Origin: Mobula hypostoma
Lineage: Eukaryota
Length of the DNA: 64,000 bases
Assembly (NCBI RefSeq): GCF_963921235.1
Contig: NC_086107.1
Span: 106,456,001 to 106,520,000 of the forward strand
Direction: 5' to 3'
In this document: positions 40,157-54,429 of the stretch, in pieces
How positions within the stretch are numbered: the first letter of the stretch is position 1
Layout of the letters: each line of letters starts with the position of its first letter
Position numbers and translations under genes: made by a program
Notes under the pieces: model-generated
Databases searched by the model: none
Told to the model about the DNA's origin: nothing
The model's input: only the letters and a program-made list of their open reading frames with translations

Positions 40157-43100
40157 TTGGAAGTACAGTTAATATGGCAAATATGACTTTAAATATTTAA
40201 CCAAACCGATGGAAATCTACAGTAAAATGTAATGACTAACAAAAATTCAGGTGCCCAGGTTCATCTTAGATTGAATTTCCTTTGTAACCAGTGAAATATC
40301 ATGGGCTAGCGAGAGCCAAAGTGAGTTTTAAAGCCACTGTAACAGCATAGTGATTTTTTTTTGTACAACTCCAAGTGAATAAATATTGTCACAGCTGGAA
40401 CAGCAGTAGATGGAAATGAGCTGAAGTGATTCCACGTCTTCTGCTATTTGCATTGGAAATAAAGTCTAACCACGTGAAAAATGGGCTTACACAGTAATTC
40501 TGGGCACCACTGATGTAGCTGACAGTGGCAAGATATCAGATCAAACGACTTGAGCAATAAAACATGAACTACACTGTATAGTGTTACAAGCAGTAAGTGC
40601 AAACAATCCTTCAAAAATACTGACAGTCATCTAACAAAATAATGAAGTGGGTCCCAGACCCAGGAATAAGCAGATTCTTACCATTCCAGCAGTCAACGTA
40701 CGAAAGGGGGCTAGCTCACTTAGAAAACATGGAACTGCACCCTGTATATAGTATTGATTCTTGCACCTCAGTTATAAATATTTGTACATTAAATATTAAA
40801 ATTAATACATAAGATATCCTACAAATCAATTCTTTGGACATCTATTTCCTTAATGCCTTAAAATTAAAAGAACCCATTGACGTTTGAGATTCAAACCTAT
40901 TAGCATTATAGGCAGCAGGTTCTGGGGCAGAAAAAAAAGCTACCAGTAATCTAATATTCATTTGCTAGATTGCAACCTGTCTGACTGAGAAGTGGAGATG
41001 GTAAAGAAAGAGAAAGCATCAGGTCTTGAGTCTGAGTTTTGCCAATGCAGAAAGGTGCAGATGCTCCTTGGGTCTGTGCAGTTTGCAACAACAGCTCTTT
41101 CGAGGAGCATACGGAAGCAGTTTTGACATCAGCTACTATTGACACAAGCAAAGTAACTCGATGTCAATTCTCAAAATGTAAAATGTGACAAAAGGTAGCT
41201 AGGTCTCTTTCTAAATCCTGCAATGTTTACAAAAATAAAATACTCAGTACAATTCCTAAACCAGTTTAGTCTTTCTTTAAAATAAAGGTTGAGAAGAAAT
41301 GTTTTCAGAGATTCAGGCTGTTTCAGTATTGATGTCATTAAATATATCCCGTGTAGTATCCTTTCAGAATTGATGTCAGAAACAATTCACAGAGATTGTT
41401 ATAAAATAGTTACTTTAGGGAAAATGAGGAAATGAAAGCTCCAAGTTGTAGGCTAAAGGCTAAATGTATGTATGTATCGGTTAGTAGGCAGAATTGCAGT
41501 GGACAGTTTGGTAATGTTCAATTTTTCATTGAAGAAGCGGATAATTATAGTTTTGATCAGACCAACTAAAGTGAAGTGGAAACGGAGCTGCTTCCATTTC
41601 CTATCTCCCATGAACAGTAAGTCACGTTGAAGACAAACCCTCACATAAAGGAGTGTTATTGGGAAGCTTCTACAGTCATCTCTCCCACTTTCAAACAGTA
41701 AAATCTCCAACTCTGCAAAAATCTTCTCACATCTGGGCTCATTTCTCAGAACATTAATCCTGCTGTGCTCTCTCCAGATTCAAAGGAAGAACAAAAGTCA
41801 GAAGAATCGGCCTATTTAATACTATGGTATAAAAAGAGCAACACACTTCAAAAGAGATGCTGTTGGCTCAAGTGTGTGATGTTGAGTGAAAACTGCAAAG
41901 GGATGAGAGCTTTCAAAACATGCACATACATACAATTTGTCTCAAACATGCATAAGTTTCTAATTCTGAATAAGAGTATAAATTGTACTCTTTTCAATGA
42001 CTTCTTGAATCCTCAAGATTTGCACCTTCACTATCTGCATTACCAGCAGTTCATTACAACTTCACATCTTTCAACGTGATCCTGAAACCTACGTGCGGAC
42101 ACCTAATCTGCAACTACCGTGCCAGTACTCATATCTTCACTTCAGTTTTTAGTAAACTTTTTACTTGTATGAGAAACCATAATTTCAGACAAATGTTAGC
42201 ATTAATTGTCAGAGCATAGCTGGTACACATTAGACACAGAATACAGATCCCTCTGAACTGTCCTCTCAAATGTAATCATGGCAAAAACAGCATAGATTTA
42301 AGATTTTCTATACTGTGCTGCCCTGGGAAAGTTTGATAGGACAAAGTAAAACTTGCTGTTCCATCCAGCATTGCCAGGGATGGTTAGATACAAATTTCCT
42401 TTTACACTGTGCCAGGGCAATGCCATTAGATGTGAACTGTAATATGCTGGAATTTTGATCCTAGATCCAAGCCCCAAGCAAGATACTTTTCTTGCAACTG
42501 CCACAGTTGTCTGAATTTGTTAATTATAAGCAGCAAAAGAGCACTATATCCCCATTGTACTGCCCTGACCCACAGTATTTTTAGAGTAATTCTGCCTGAA
42601 TGGCATGCTTCACTAATCTCATGATCGGAAAACAAGGACGAAGTGCCAGATAGGAAACTGCCTTTACAAAGTTGGATGCTTGATTTGTCTTGAGAGGGGA
42701 CAGGAGGAAAGATTGTGAAAACAAAAACTTGCCCATTTGGTGTGAGCTGCACACTGTATCACATCAGTACTGAGAGAGATTACTGAAACAAAGATACCAC
42801 ACCTGAGCATGGAGTGTAAACTGTAATCACGATCACAAAAGCAGATGTAAAGAAATGCAGTGTAGGTCACAGCTTTAAGACAAGAATACATCTCCAATAA
42901 TAAATATTAAAAAACTGCAGTAAATCTATCTTCAGACTTAAACGTATCTTGTGCTGTAATTATCGTCCAGTTTTAATCAAGCTATGTCTTTCCTGAGAGG
43001 TACTGAAACTTGCTTGGTCAGGAAAATGACAGTCACTGCACAATATTAAGAAAAACCTATGCCTTGTGGCTCAGGACATTGACCATAGCACCAGTATCCA

Positions 43101-45977
43101 TAGGTAATATCAGAAGGTGGCAATCAACCATTTTTTCATGGTTAATATCATACAGGATTATAGTTTAAAGGGATTAATCCTATATTATGCTTATATAGGT
43201 ATGCTAATGATGGCCTTCCACCAGGGTTTTGGTTACCTGCCCTTATGTCAATGGCTTTGTTTAAAGGTTTTTCTTGTTTGGCAATGCTCCAATTGAATAA
43301 CTGGGGATTTTTTTTTCACTTTAAAAAGTGGACTTTTTATGCAGAATTGCATTAGGGTGTCACTATTTTAAGTAATCTATTAGTACTGCGATGAACTAGT
43401 TAGAAACCATAATACTGCAGTAGGTTACTATATGCAGTGACTATTAATACTGTGGAGAGGCAGTATTCAAAGATCATTGATTCTGCCAAGTACTGAGCTT
43501 TACTGTAAATGGCTACCATTAATACTGTAGTGGGTTAATGTACAACAGTTATACTGTGCAAGACAATGTCCTCAGGCAGTGCTCGTACTTTCTGAATTGC
43601 AAGCTCCATCCACTTTCTCTCTCCTGAAATTACAGTCATTTTATTTCCTCGATCCTATACTAAAGCAACCCACTAATAAATATTTAAATAATAACAATAT
43701 TATCTTATTATTGAAACTTTTCTTACAGGTTCAATAAAGGTCTGAAAACTTTATCCTGACCAGCAATGGTCAAATAATGTAACAGAGCAATGCAGGTTTA
43801 AAAATCTGAGTCCTTGCTTTCTCCAGGTTTTTGTCCTGTAATCTGTGCTTGTAAACTTCAGAAGTATTCTATGTAGTTGATCATCCACCAGACCTCGCCA
43901 ATTCTGATTGTCCTCTGAGTGAGCCAGCGAGGAGAAAGGGTACACTTTAGAAAGTCCAACCACTCTCACTCACTGGTACCCAAACTAAAACAAAAACTTA
44001 ATAATGTTGTTTGACCTGGACATTTTGATAAGAAAACTTAAAACACGTTGTATGGGGAGAGTCACTGAATTTGAAAGTTATGTTCAGTATAAAAGATTAG
44101 CCACTTCAAGAGTTCAACAAGTATCTTTGACAGGTCTTAGTCAAAAGTTTAGCACAGAACTTTCTCCACTCATGAAGACCAGTAGAGAGGTCTGAAGAGG
44201 CAGAGATGAGATCCATACTGTAGTCAGAATGTTTCTCACCGCTGTATCCATCCATCTTGACCATCTCTCACCTTTGCTCTAAATTTCCAGAGAAACGCAT
44301 GGCTGTCTGATGATTGACTAGGAGACAAGTAATACAAGAAGCCAACAGGAAAGGTGCAGAACCCTCTGGGCAAGTGAAGAAGCACTGATTCATCAGCCAG
44401 AGTTACAAGTGTTTCAAGCAATTTTCAAACTGAAATATGTTCGTTACATATCTTTCACCAGTCACTTTCCCCTTCTAGCCACATTTTAACAGAAATAGTG
44501 GCTACTACTTATATGTATTGCAGAAAGTGCACAAAGGACATAACACCCATGCTAATTGTACCCCTGAAGCTGGCAGACCAGCTAGAGGTGTCTTGTTTGT
44601 TGTAGTGCCCTTTGCAGTTAACTACCTCTTTTACTTGACGATGGCTAGGGTGGCTATGTCATTCTCACTGTGGTCATATGTGTTAGTCCAAGATTCTTTT
44701 GAAAACTGGGTTCTGTGATTCACTTGTGTTTCAGTTCTACTATTGTTCCCTCTTAGAAGTCTGAGGTCCTGACTGTAAGTATTGGCTTTTATTTTGAGAA
44801 AATGAATCATTCAGGCATGTGAGGTCAAGAGCTGATGAATCCAGGGGGAGGTAAGGGAACTGCAGAGATGTTTTATCATTCAGGCCTGGGTTCCAAACAC
44901 TCAAGCCAACAACAAAAAAAAACAGATTAGTAAACATACGACTGCAACAAAATGTAAACATTTTTTTAAAAGATACTTTAAAAAAAAACCCCGATGGGAA
45001 GCATTGAATAACAGACAGAGTGGTAATGTATCACCTCAAATAAAAGGTACCTGGCCCGGGCGCTCAGCAACAAGTTGATGAACAGAGCTGGCTTCAGATC
45101 ACTTGCCTGCTCCGCCCCATGGTTCACAAGTCCTGGTCTGTGAATGTACCCGGCCATAAAGTGACAGCACACTGACTGAGAGACCAATGCAACAGGAGAT
45201 GGTGAAATCAGAGGAAGTAAGCCATACTTTTCCCCTTCCACCACTCAATGACAGTCCTAGAGGAGGCAGCTGCACTTCGATTCAGACGCCGTATCCTGCA
45301 GAACTGATTGGGGAATTGTATAAAGTAAGTGCTGAAGGACTGGAGAGGATCTCTCGAGTCAGGCAGTAGTGCATGATATTACCCCAGGCGGGGCTGAGAG
45401 TGGGGCTAACAAGAACTAGGTTCCTGGACAGTGCAACCCACTATCACAATGTTGCTATGGTGCTCCAGCCATCTAATGGTTACCAGAGCTGAACATTAAG
45501 AAATACTGTTTCCTCCCCAACTATTTGGCCTCTTGTTAATGACCTAATCTACCCTCTATCTGCCCCCAAGCAGGCAGCCAGTAATCTGCTCCCAATGTTG
45601 AGGGACGGATTTGACAGGGTAGATTAGTCTGTAAGGGGCCCCAGTCAGACACCATCAGCTTGGTGCAAATGGAAGTTGTTACTGGAGCTTGATCACCGAA
45701 AGCAGTGAGTAGTGTCTTCAGGCTCCTGCACAAACAGAGGCTGCTAATACCTAAAGTGCTCCTAAACCACGTATACCGTTTGCCAATTCATAGTGCACAA
45801 GCGTTATTCATCACAAGTCAAATTCTAGGAACTTTTCTGTATGTTGTCATATCACAATCGTCCAAAGGGAAAAACTTGGTATATTTTTGTACTTGAGTTG
45901 GCATGGGGGAAGAAAAAAAATTATAAAACAGATTACTTAAAAGTTTTGAGCTGAAATAGGGACTTCTCTGACCACCA

Positions 45978-46264
45978 TCATAATAGGAATGGGTTAGTGG
46001 ATCTTGGAGAGGGGCCAGGGGCAGGAGGGGTTGGCGTAGCAACGTAGGTCGGGCCCATCACCCTTTGCACGTTCGCACCCTGAGGCATGCCCATAACGGG
46101 CATGGTTACCATGGGAGCGACCGCGACCCCGACCCCAGGCATCGAGGAGAAAGGGGTGCCGCTGACGCTGACGGGTCCAAATGGAGTCTGGGTTACAGCC
46201 ATCACGGAGCTGGACACCTGAGTAGGGGTGCTGTGGAACGGGTTTGCTGTTGCTGGGGGAGCAC
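45978..46264 (-). CDS. Epsin (EPN2-like), last coding exon with 2 NPF motifs
   Basis: GAPPATANPFHSTP...GPSPRSTNPFLL*; the TNPFLL end is characteristic of epsins; pyrimidine tract + CAG acceptor. Confidence 0.93.
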
Positions 46265-46468
46265 CTGTGAAGAGAGGGAGAGGGAGACATTAGAAACTCG
46301 CCCATCTTGTCCTGTCCACTCTGCACTGCCAACATTTGCGTTAATGGGAATGTTGACCCATATTAAGATTCAATTTTCATGGACACTAGCATCCTTCAAG
46401 CCCCCACCCAGCGACCGTGGGGAACGGGGTCGGAGTTACTCAAAGCTGTGAGCAGACCACGCACTCAC

Positions 46469-46723
46469 CCTGCATCAAGAAGGGGTTTGTGTTCACATTA
46501 GGGTGCGTTGTGCGGGCAATGAGAGTGTCCAGGTTTACCAGCGAAGCGTTGGGGCCCAGGAAGGTTTCGGGGTTCTTCTGCATGACGGGCTGGTGCTTGG
46601 GGGTGGATGGCTTGGAGGCCTTGCTGCTCAAGATGGAGGGTATATCGAAGGTGTTGGGGAAGGCTGTGTCACCGGACGTCGCTGCTGTGGTCAGGGCGTT
46701 ACCCGGCCCCTCGAATCTGGCAC
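46469..46723 (-). CDS. Epsin, penultimate coding exon
   Basis: ...QKNPETFLGPNASLVNLDTLI...TNPFLMQ, similar to EPN2 KTPESFLGPNAALVNLDSLV; AG/GTGAGT, phase 1/1. Confidence 0.95.
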
Positions 46724-47059
46724 CTGCAATGCTCAGAATAAGCTTACACAGGAAAAACATCCTTACTGCTCTTGATGCCTATTCCGTGACAAATACAGTC
46801 CGATCGAGGGTAAGAATGGCAACACGATCGTCAGCCCTCAAAACTCCCCTTCCCTGCGCAATAAAAACAAAACGCATCAAACGGCAACAAGAATATCAAC
46901 CCCCAAACCACCTCCCCTCGTGCTAGAAACTAAGAAATCGCACCACATGCCATTGAGAAAGAATCAGCAAAAACACAGAATATAAAAACCATAAGATTGA
47001 AAAAGTCCATAGTCCAATCCATAAACGCAGAACCTCGGTAACATCCTCCGAGAGCACTG

Positions 47060-47190
47060 AGAGGGGGAGAGGGAGGGGGGAGAGGGGGAGGGGGGAGAGA
47101 GAGAGAGGGGGGAGAGGGGGGAGGGGAGGAGGGGGGAGGGGAGGAGGGGGGAGAGAGAGAGGGGGGAGGGGGGGAGGGGAGAGAGAGAGA
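47060..47190. repeat. G/A-rich low-complexity tract
   Basis: Pure purine run on + with many G5-G7 tracts, inside an unclassified repeat at about 46790-47400. Confidence 0.9.
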
Positions 47191-48343
47191 TACCCTGCAG
47201 CCACAATGAGTGATAGGCTGCCACACAGACTCCATATCTGTTTAAACGTTCTGCACTCTTGATAATTTTCCCCCAACCCCACCAAAGTATTGTAAAACTC
47301 CAGCAAGGGTGCAACCCTAGTCTTGGCACTCACAGTCGGCTGTGACTGAGAACCGTTATCGGGGACTCCAGTGAATATATCAAACTGGTACAGTGTCCTC
47401 TGAAATGCTGTTGCAGGAGGTAAGGTTAAACCAAGCATCAGACAACTTAGAGTGGGTGTAGTTAGTATTGGGCAGGGACGAATGTGTCAGAGAGTCTGCT
47501 CCATTCCACACTGTGCTGAGAGTCTAGATCACTATTATGGGGTATGGTAGCATTGCAGTTAACGTTAATGCCGTTACAGGACCAGTGACCGGGGTTCATT
47601 TCTGCTGCTTTCTTTAAGGAGTTTGTACGTTCTCCCTCTGTCTGCATGGGTTTCCTCTGGGTGGTCTGGTTTTTCTCCCACATTCCAAAGACATACAGAT
47701 AGTAGGTTAATTGGGAAGTTTGGGCTCGTTGAGCCAGAGTGCCTTTTAGCATGCTGTATCTCAGCAAATATAAAAATAAATTAAAGGAACTATTTTTCAG
47801 ATGCCGAAACCTTTCACTCTGACACTAAGGGACTGATCACAAGATCTCACATCTCATGCAGAATTCCCTATAAGGTAGTGCAGAACTGATTTGGATTTTT
47901 CAGATAGTAATAAATAGCAGTCCAGTTTGCTTTTGCATGTGAAAGGTGCAGTAGGAAAGTAGATTGTTCTTCCCAGTGCCCTCAACCCAACACCAACAAA
48001 ATAACCGTTTCACTGTTGTTCGTGGGAACTTACTACTGTATGTGCAAGCTGCCTGTGAAAATATTTGTGAAGTACAGGATAAACTGTAAAGTATGTTGGG
48101 ATGTGCTGGCAGGAGACTGGAGAAGATTTTGAATTTTAAATAAGATTTTACCAACTAGTGAACCTTATCTTTGTAATGCCTGTAGTGTAGGAAATTGCCC
48201 AAAGGCAGTTCATAGAACTGAAGTAACAAACCAGATGATGGAGCGAAAAATAATGAGCACAATGATGGAGAAATGACCAAAGCGAACATATGACTGGACA
48301 CAGCAAAGCTTAGATCAGCTGGTCATCACAGTGGGAAACTCAC

Positions 48344-48454
48344 CTGTTGCCTGCCCTTCTGCTTTCTTGGGTGAGCCTCGGAGATGGCTGAACGCAGAGA
48401 AGTCATCCGTCACAGTTGCATCTGCAGTGCCAAGAGAGTGGAAAGGGGAAGCTC
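48344..48454 (-). CDS. Epsin exon with AP-2 beta-appendage-type motif
   Basis: GASPFHSLGTADATVTDDFSAFSHLRGSPKKAEGQAT, similar to EPN2 DDFSEFDNLR; AG/GTGAGT, phase 1/1; not in the ORF track. Confidence 0.9.
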
Positions 48455-50448
48455 CTGCGAGAGAGGATGTGCTGGGAATTGTAATTTAATCTTTTGCCTT
48501 TCCTGCACTAGTCTGTTCTCTATATTGAGACCCAATACACAATCAGGATGTTGTCTTTGAGCTACGAGTGAACTTTGTTAGTTTGGGGCCACAACCCAGA
48601 TATGAAAATATCTTTAAAGAAATATTTTACAACAATCTGGCACTTTTAGTCAACCGATTTTTTAAAAAGCCACACTTTTTCTTTAAATATTTTCAAAACA
48701 TCCATTAACTCACAATCTGTCAAGTCTAGTAACTTAACACTGTCCCAGTCCATTCCATGATGATTGAGTTTTGGAGGTCAAAGACACTACCTCACGGTTA
48801 ATACCTCACATCTTCCTATATGTACTGAGGATGAAACCAGAACCATAGCTACTAGTTGCAGAGACTAGAACCTGCACAGAGGTAATATTTTAAATATAAA
48901 CTGCAATGAGAGGCTAAAGGCTTTGAAAAGTCTCTTTCCAGTATCCTTACTCAAAAAACAAAAAATCAAAATACGTTCACACTTTCCACAGAAATTATGA
49001 TTTCTTATAACTAAAAAAAGCAATACTTAAATGATAGAAACTTGGACTTAAACCAACCACCTTTTAGGAACAATACACTTCGTATTCAATAAATTCTAAA
49101 CGCAGATGATTTCACAAACAGGACTGATCAACTTCTGTCAGAATTGAAGTGACCAACGCATCTGTGATTGGTGGTTTTGCCTTATTCAGTCCCTAATGAC
49201 AACCACTGGCACATAACAGGAAGGTGAAAGTCACTGTAGAAATGCAAATTAGCCTTCCTTTGACACTGGCTCGGTTTTGGGAGACATCCTGCTCATCTAC
49301 AAACCATACTAAGTGTCCAAACGGTTGAACACTCTGATTAACTTGATTCTGATATGGATATTGCCCTTCAAGGTATCCAGTGAATGTTGTACTGGGGGGA
49401 GAAAGATTACTGGATCCCTTGGTGTCCCACTCTTCTCACAGAAGGGGCTTGTACAATCAGGTGATAGAAAAGATGTTTTGACATCTTTTCGAAGAGTGGA
49501 GTTTTTCTCCTTGTCCTGGGCCAATACCTGTCCTTCAATCAACATCATTACAGCAGATTACCTGATAATTATTGAACTGTGGGAGTCTTTATATGTGTAA
49601 GCCAGCTGCCTGCAATGTTTTCTGCAGTTTGGTTAGCATAATGCTTTACAGTACCAGCAACCTGGGTTCAATTCCACCTGCTGTCTGTGAGGGGTTTGTA
49701 CGTCCTCCCTGTGAAATGCGTAGGCTTCCTCCGGGTGCTCCAGTTTCCTTCCACAGGCCAAAGATGTATGGTTGGTAGGTCACTGTAAATTGTCCTGTGA
49801 TGAGGCTAAGATTAACTCGGGGGTCGCTGGGTTGTCTGGCTCAAAGGGCTGGAAGGGGCTACTCTGTGCTACATCTCAAGTACCTTAAAGCCTTTGGGAC
49901 TTCTTGAAATATGCTATAGAAATGAGTTTCTCTTTTATAAGCCCAATGTAATTTAAAAAAAAAACCTTTGTAGACACAGCTTCAGCACTTGTGTTCAATC
50001 CTCTGTCAGGATACTAGGGTGCTAGGTGCTGAGTTTGCATGTATTGCCTACTGACCAAGCGAGCTTCCCCTGGGTGTTCTGGTTTCCACCTATGTCCCTG
50101 AGAACGGCCGGCTGGTAGGTTAACTAGCTATTTAGATTGCTCGAGTACAAATGGGTCATAGAATCTTGGGAGGAGATGATGGGAATGCGAGGCAAATAAA
50201 ATGGGATTAGTGTATGATTAAGTGGTCAGCACAGATTGGTGGGCCGAAGGGCCTGTACTTGTGCTTTTCAACTCTATGACTAAATCAGCATATAGTAATT
50301 AACATTTTAAAAAATACTGAAGTGAGATTGAAATGATTTTTGTGTGTGTTGCTTGGATTTCTAGTATCTGCAGATTTTCTCTTGTTTTTGTTGACGTGAC
50401 TGAACTAATGGGTAGTTGGACTTGCTCTGTGCTTCTATCATGCCTCAC

Positions 50449-50595
50449 CTGGGGGAGAGGTCGGGGCCCAAGGATCGCGATCAGAGGCTGGTGCGACGGA
50501 GCCCCAGGGATCTGTGCTTCTTGATGGCTGATCTCCTGAAGGGGGGTGGCTGGAAGCTCCCCACGGATCAGAGGCAGTTGCAGCCAGCCTGGAAC
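50449..50595 (-). CDS. Epsin DPW exon
   Basis: GSRLAATASDPWGASS...STDPWGSVAPASDRDPWAPTSPP; CAGCAG acceptor, GTGAGG donor, phase 1/1. Confidence 0.93.
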
Positions 50596-52469
50596 CTGCT
50601 GCAAGATGGATTGAGATTTTAAGTTGAACATTATGAATGAATTTTAGCTCTACTAAAGCTGTAGGCTATTAGTCATTACATAATATACCAAAACACTTAG
50701 TAATTTCCTTTTGATTGTTAGATGCCAATGCCCAGGACATTTCTGTAAATAAAACCTGCTGTAAGTGACAAATCTTATGTGAAATTGTGTCTAGAGACCA
50801 AGGCAACTACAGTTTTAATGGATCTCCTTACTCTTTATATACCAAGAACTGAAAACTGAGAACTGAGATCTAACCGTCCCAACATATCAATGCAGCTATA
50901 AAGAAGGCAAGACAGCGATTATATTTGTTAGGAGTTTGAGGAGATTTGGTTTGTCACTTAAAACACTCGAAAACTTCTACAGATGTACCGTGGAGAGCAT
51001 TCACACAGGCTGCATCACCGTCTGGTATGTGGGGGTGGGGGGGGGGCTGCTGCATGGGATCAAAAGAAGCTACAGAAAGTTGTAAAATTAGTCAGCACCA
51101 TCTTGTGTACTAGCCTCCGTAGTATCCAAGACATCTTCAAGGAGCAGTGCCTCAGAAAAACGGTGTCTGTTATTATGGACCCCTGTCACTCAGGGCATGC
51201 CCTCTTCTCATTGTTACCATACAGAAGCCTGAAGGTACATACTCAGCGATTCAAGAACAGCGTCTTCCCCTCTGCCACCCAATTGCTAAATAGACATTGA
51301 ACCCTTGGAAGTACTTCATTTTTTTTACATTACTTCTGTTTTTGCACTATTTTTAACTATTTTTAATGTATATACTTACTGTAATTGATTTACTTATTTT
51401 TTAAAAATCATGTATTGCATTGTACTGCTGCCGCTAAGTTAACGAATTTCACGACCTATGCTGGTGATATAAAACCTGATTCTGATTCTGAAATGCTGTG
51501 ATTGCTTTCCAGCAGAAAATTGTGTGCTCAACAATGAAACAGAAACATCAATGAGATAAATAAAGGATCAGTATACAAACAGTAGCACAGCATAAGTGTC
51601 TCTCACCTCCACCACGAGAGCGACCAAAAAACATGCATGTCTCAAAGGATTTGCAAAAATGCACCACTGCATCCACTATGAGGGTGGTGAATGTGGAATT
51701 TGTTGCATTGACAGCTGTGGAGGCCAAGTCATTGGGTAAATTTAAAGCGGAGGTTGATAGATTCCTGATTAGAGTTATGGGGCGAGGCCAGGAGGATGGG
51801 ATTGAGAGGGATAATAAATCAGCCATGATGGAATGGTGCAGCAGACTCAATTCTAATCCTGCTCCTATGTCCAATGGTTTTATACGTTAAAGTAGGTGAC
51901 TTAGAACATTCTACTGTAGTACTAAAGTGAATAAATGGTGGATAAGACATTGAACTGAGTTACAATGGAGCTTCAAGTGGGAATTTTCCATTACACCATG
52001 GATTCTGTATTGATGATGGCTTCATGGTCTGTCGAATACAACGTAGCCACACTATCTCAGGTCATGACTTAGGGTGGCCCAGGTAACATCACTAGCATCA
52101 AGCAGACATAAGAGAATCTATTTGCTAGAACCTGGAACAACAAGATGCTAGAGGAACTCAGTGGGTCAGGTAGTATCTGAGGCTGGAAATGTCCATGGTC
52201 CATTTCCCTCCACAGATGTTGCCTGACCTGCGATGTTCCTGCTGCTTGTTCACAGGCATCAGTGGAGGCATGCTGCACCACTGTTACAACGCCAACAACC
52301 TGGGTTCAATTCCTGCTGCTGTCTGTGAAGTTTGTACATTCTCCCCGTGACCATGTGGGTTTCCTTTGGGTGCTCTGGTTTCCTCGAACACTCCAAAGAT
52401 GTACAGGTTAGTGGTTAATTGGTCACATACATGTAATGGGGCAGTGCAGGCTCGATGGGGCTTGTTATT

Positions 52470-53015
52470 GTATTGTTCGTTTGTTCATTATATGCCGTGT
52501 CGTATGACGTAGGTGATAGTCTTTCCATAACCATAACAACAGGAATTCTGCAGATGCTGGAAATTCAAGCAACATACATCAAAGTTGCTGGTGAACGCAG
52601 CAGGCCAGGCAGCATCTATAGGAAGAGGCGCAGTCGACGTTTCAGGCCGAGACCCTTCGTCAGGACTAACTGAAGGAAGAGTGAGTCCATAACCATGATT
52701 GTTCTTGGCAAAATTTTCTACAAATTTGCTATTGCCTTCTTCTGGACAGTGTCTTTACAAGACAGGCAACCCCAGTGATTGTCAATACTTTGCAGAGAGT
52801 ATCTGCCTGACATCAGTGGTCACGTCACCAGGACTTGTGATATGCACCAGTTGCTCACACCACCATCCGCCACCAGGTCCCATGGCTTAACGTGACCCTG
52901 ATCAGGGGGCTAAGCAGGTGATAAGACTTTGCTGAAGGGTGACCTGCAGGTTAGCGGAGGGAAGGAGTGCCTTATACCACCTTTGGTAGGGACGCATCTC
53001 CATCATGCCACACAA
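52470..53015 (-). mobile_element. RTE-like non-autonomous element inside a V-SINE, itself holding a Penelope pLTR
   Basis: The V-SINE 52265-52470 resumes at about 53016; the inner pLTR 52535-52685 has TSD TCCATAACCAT (52524-52534, 52686-52696). Confidence 0.6.
52631..52668 (-). ncRNA. Minimal type I hammerhead ribozyme motif
   Basis: Minus strand TAGTC-CTGACGA-A-GGG-TCTCGG-CCT-GAAA-CG-TC-GACTG. Confidence 0.72.
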
Positions 53016-54429
53016 ACTGTGCTGTATCTCTAAATAAAAATGTTAAAATGCGGCTGACTGTGCAGCTAAAAATCTCAAGTACCCAAGCAGAAGATAGCTT
53101 GAACCTCTGTCATAACTATGGATCATCAGACCGAAGGTTGTAATTTCAGGGGCTCTCCAGTTCAGAAAAGATTTTAAGGATTCCTACATAAACCTCTCTG
53201 ATCACAGCAAAGCAGAGTCAAGGTTAGTCAAGATGGAACCTAGCGCACACTGGACTCCTTCCACAAAGTACACAAAACTGTACAGAGACAAAGTACACAA
53301 TACAGAGGAACAATAGGGATAAAATAACGTATCCTGATATTGTATGAATGTATTAGATATTAACAGGTATTTTACTGAGGACTCCCTCCAAAACAAACAG
53401 GTTCCCACAGGACTTTCAACAGTGGTGACAATGAGTGTTCAATTAGGATTGATCTAGTTAATAGGATGCAATCTGTCATGATGCTACACCACTATGAAAC
53501 CAAAGTCATCAATAGAAAGGGGGTTAAATAACCAGGAGGAGTAGGAGTAGGACCGTGCAATGCTTTACAACACCACTCCAATTCGTCTACAGAAGATACA
53601 GGTCTACATCAGGTGCTATCTTGTTGGTTCTTTGCACAACCCTGGAACACTGGACAGCAAAGATGCATACATCAGGATGCTCTTTATCAATTACAGCTCA
53701 GCACCTATGACTGTGTGGCTAAGTGCAGCTCCACACCAGAAACATGCTTGCTGATAACACCACCGTTGTGGGCCGTATCAAAGGTGGTGATGAATCAGCA
53801 TTCAGGAGGGAGATTGAAAATTTGGCTGAGTGGTGCATTAACAACAGCCTCTCACTCAATGTCAGCAAGACCAAGGAATTGATTGAAGACTTCAGGAGAG
53901 GGTAACCAGATGTCCATGAGCCAGTAATAATTGGATGAGAGATGGAGAGGGCCAGTAAACTTTAAATTCCTGGGTGTCAAATATCTCAGAAGACCTGTCC
54001 TGGACCCGCCATATGAATATAATTGTGAAGAATGCATGACAGCACCTCTACTTCCTCAGGAGTCTGCAGAGATTTGGAATGTCATCAAAAACCTTGGCAA
54101 ACTTCCACAGATGTGTGGTGGGAAGTGTGTTGACTGGCTGCATTGCGGCTTGGTATGAGAACACCAGTGCCTTTGAGTGGAAAATCCTACAAAAGCTAGT
54201 GCATTACAGGTAAAAACCCTTCCAACCATTGAGCACATCTACATGAAATGTTGCTGTAGAAAAGCAGCATCCATCATCAGAGATTCCCACCACCCAGGCC
54301 ATGCTCTTTTCTCACTGCTACCATCAGGTAGAAGGTACAAGTGCCTCAGGACAAGCACGACCAGGTTCAAGAACAGTTACTACCCCTCAATCATCAGGAG
54401 ATAACTACACTCATTTAAGCAGGTTATTC

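Noticed and set aside
46923..47438. Proline-rich ORFs on the epsin strand
   Set aside because: They come from a low-complexity C/T tract inside a repeat; the flanking epsin exons join in phase without them.
47545..47770. tRNA-like A/B boxes here and at similar sites
   Set aside because: SINE heads followed by the V-domain; no complete cloverleaf.
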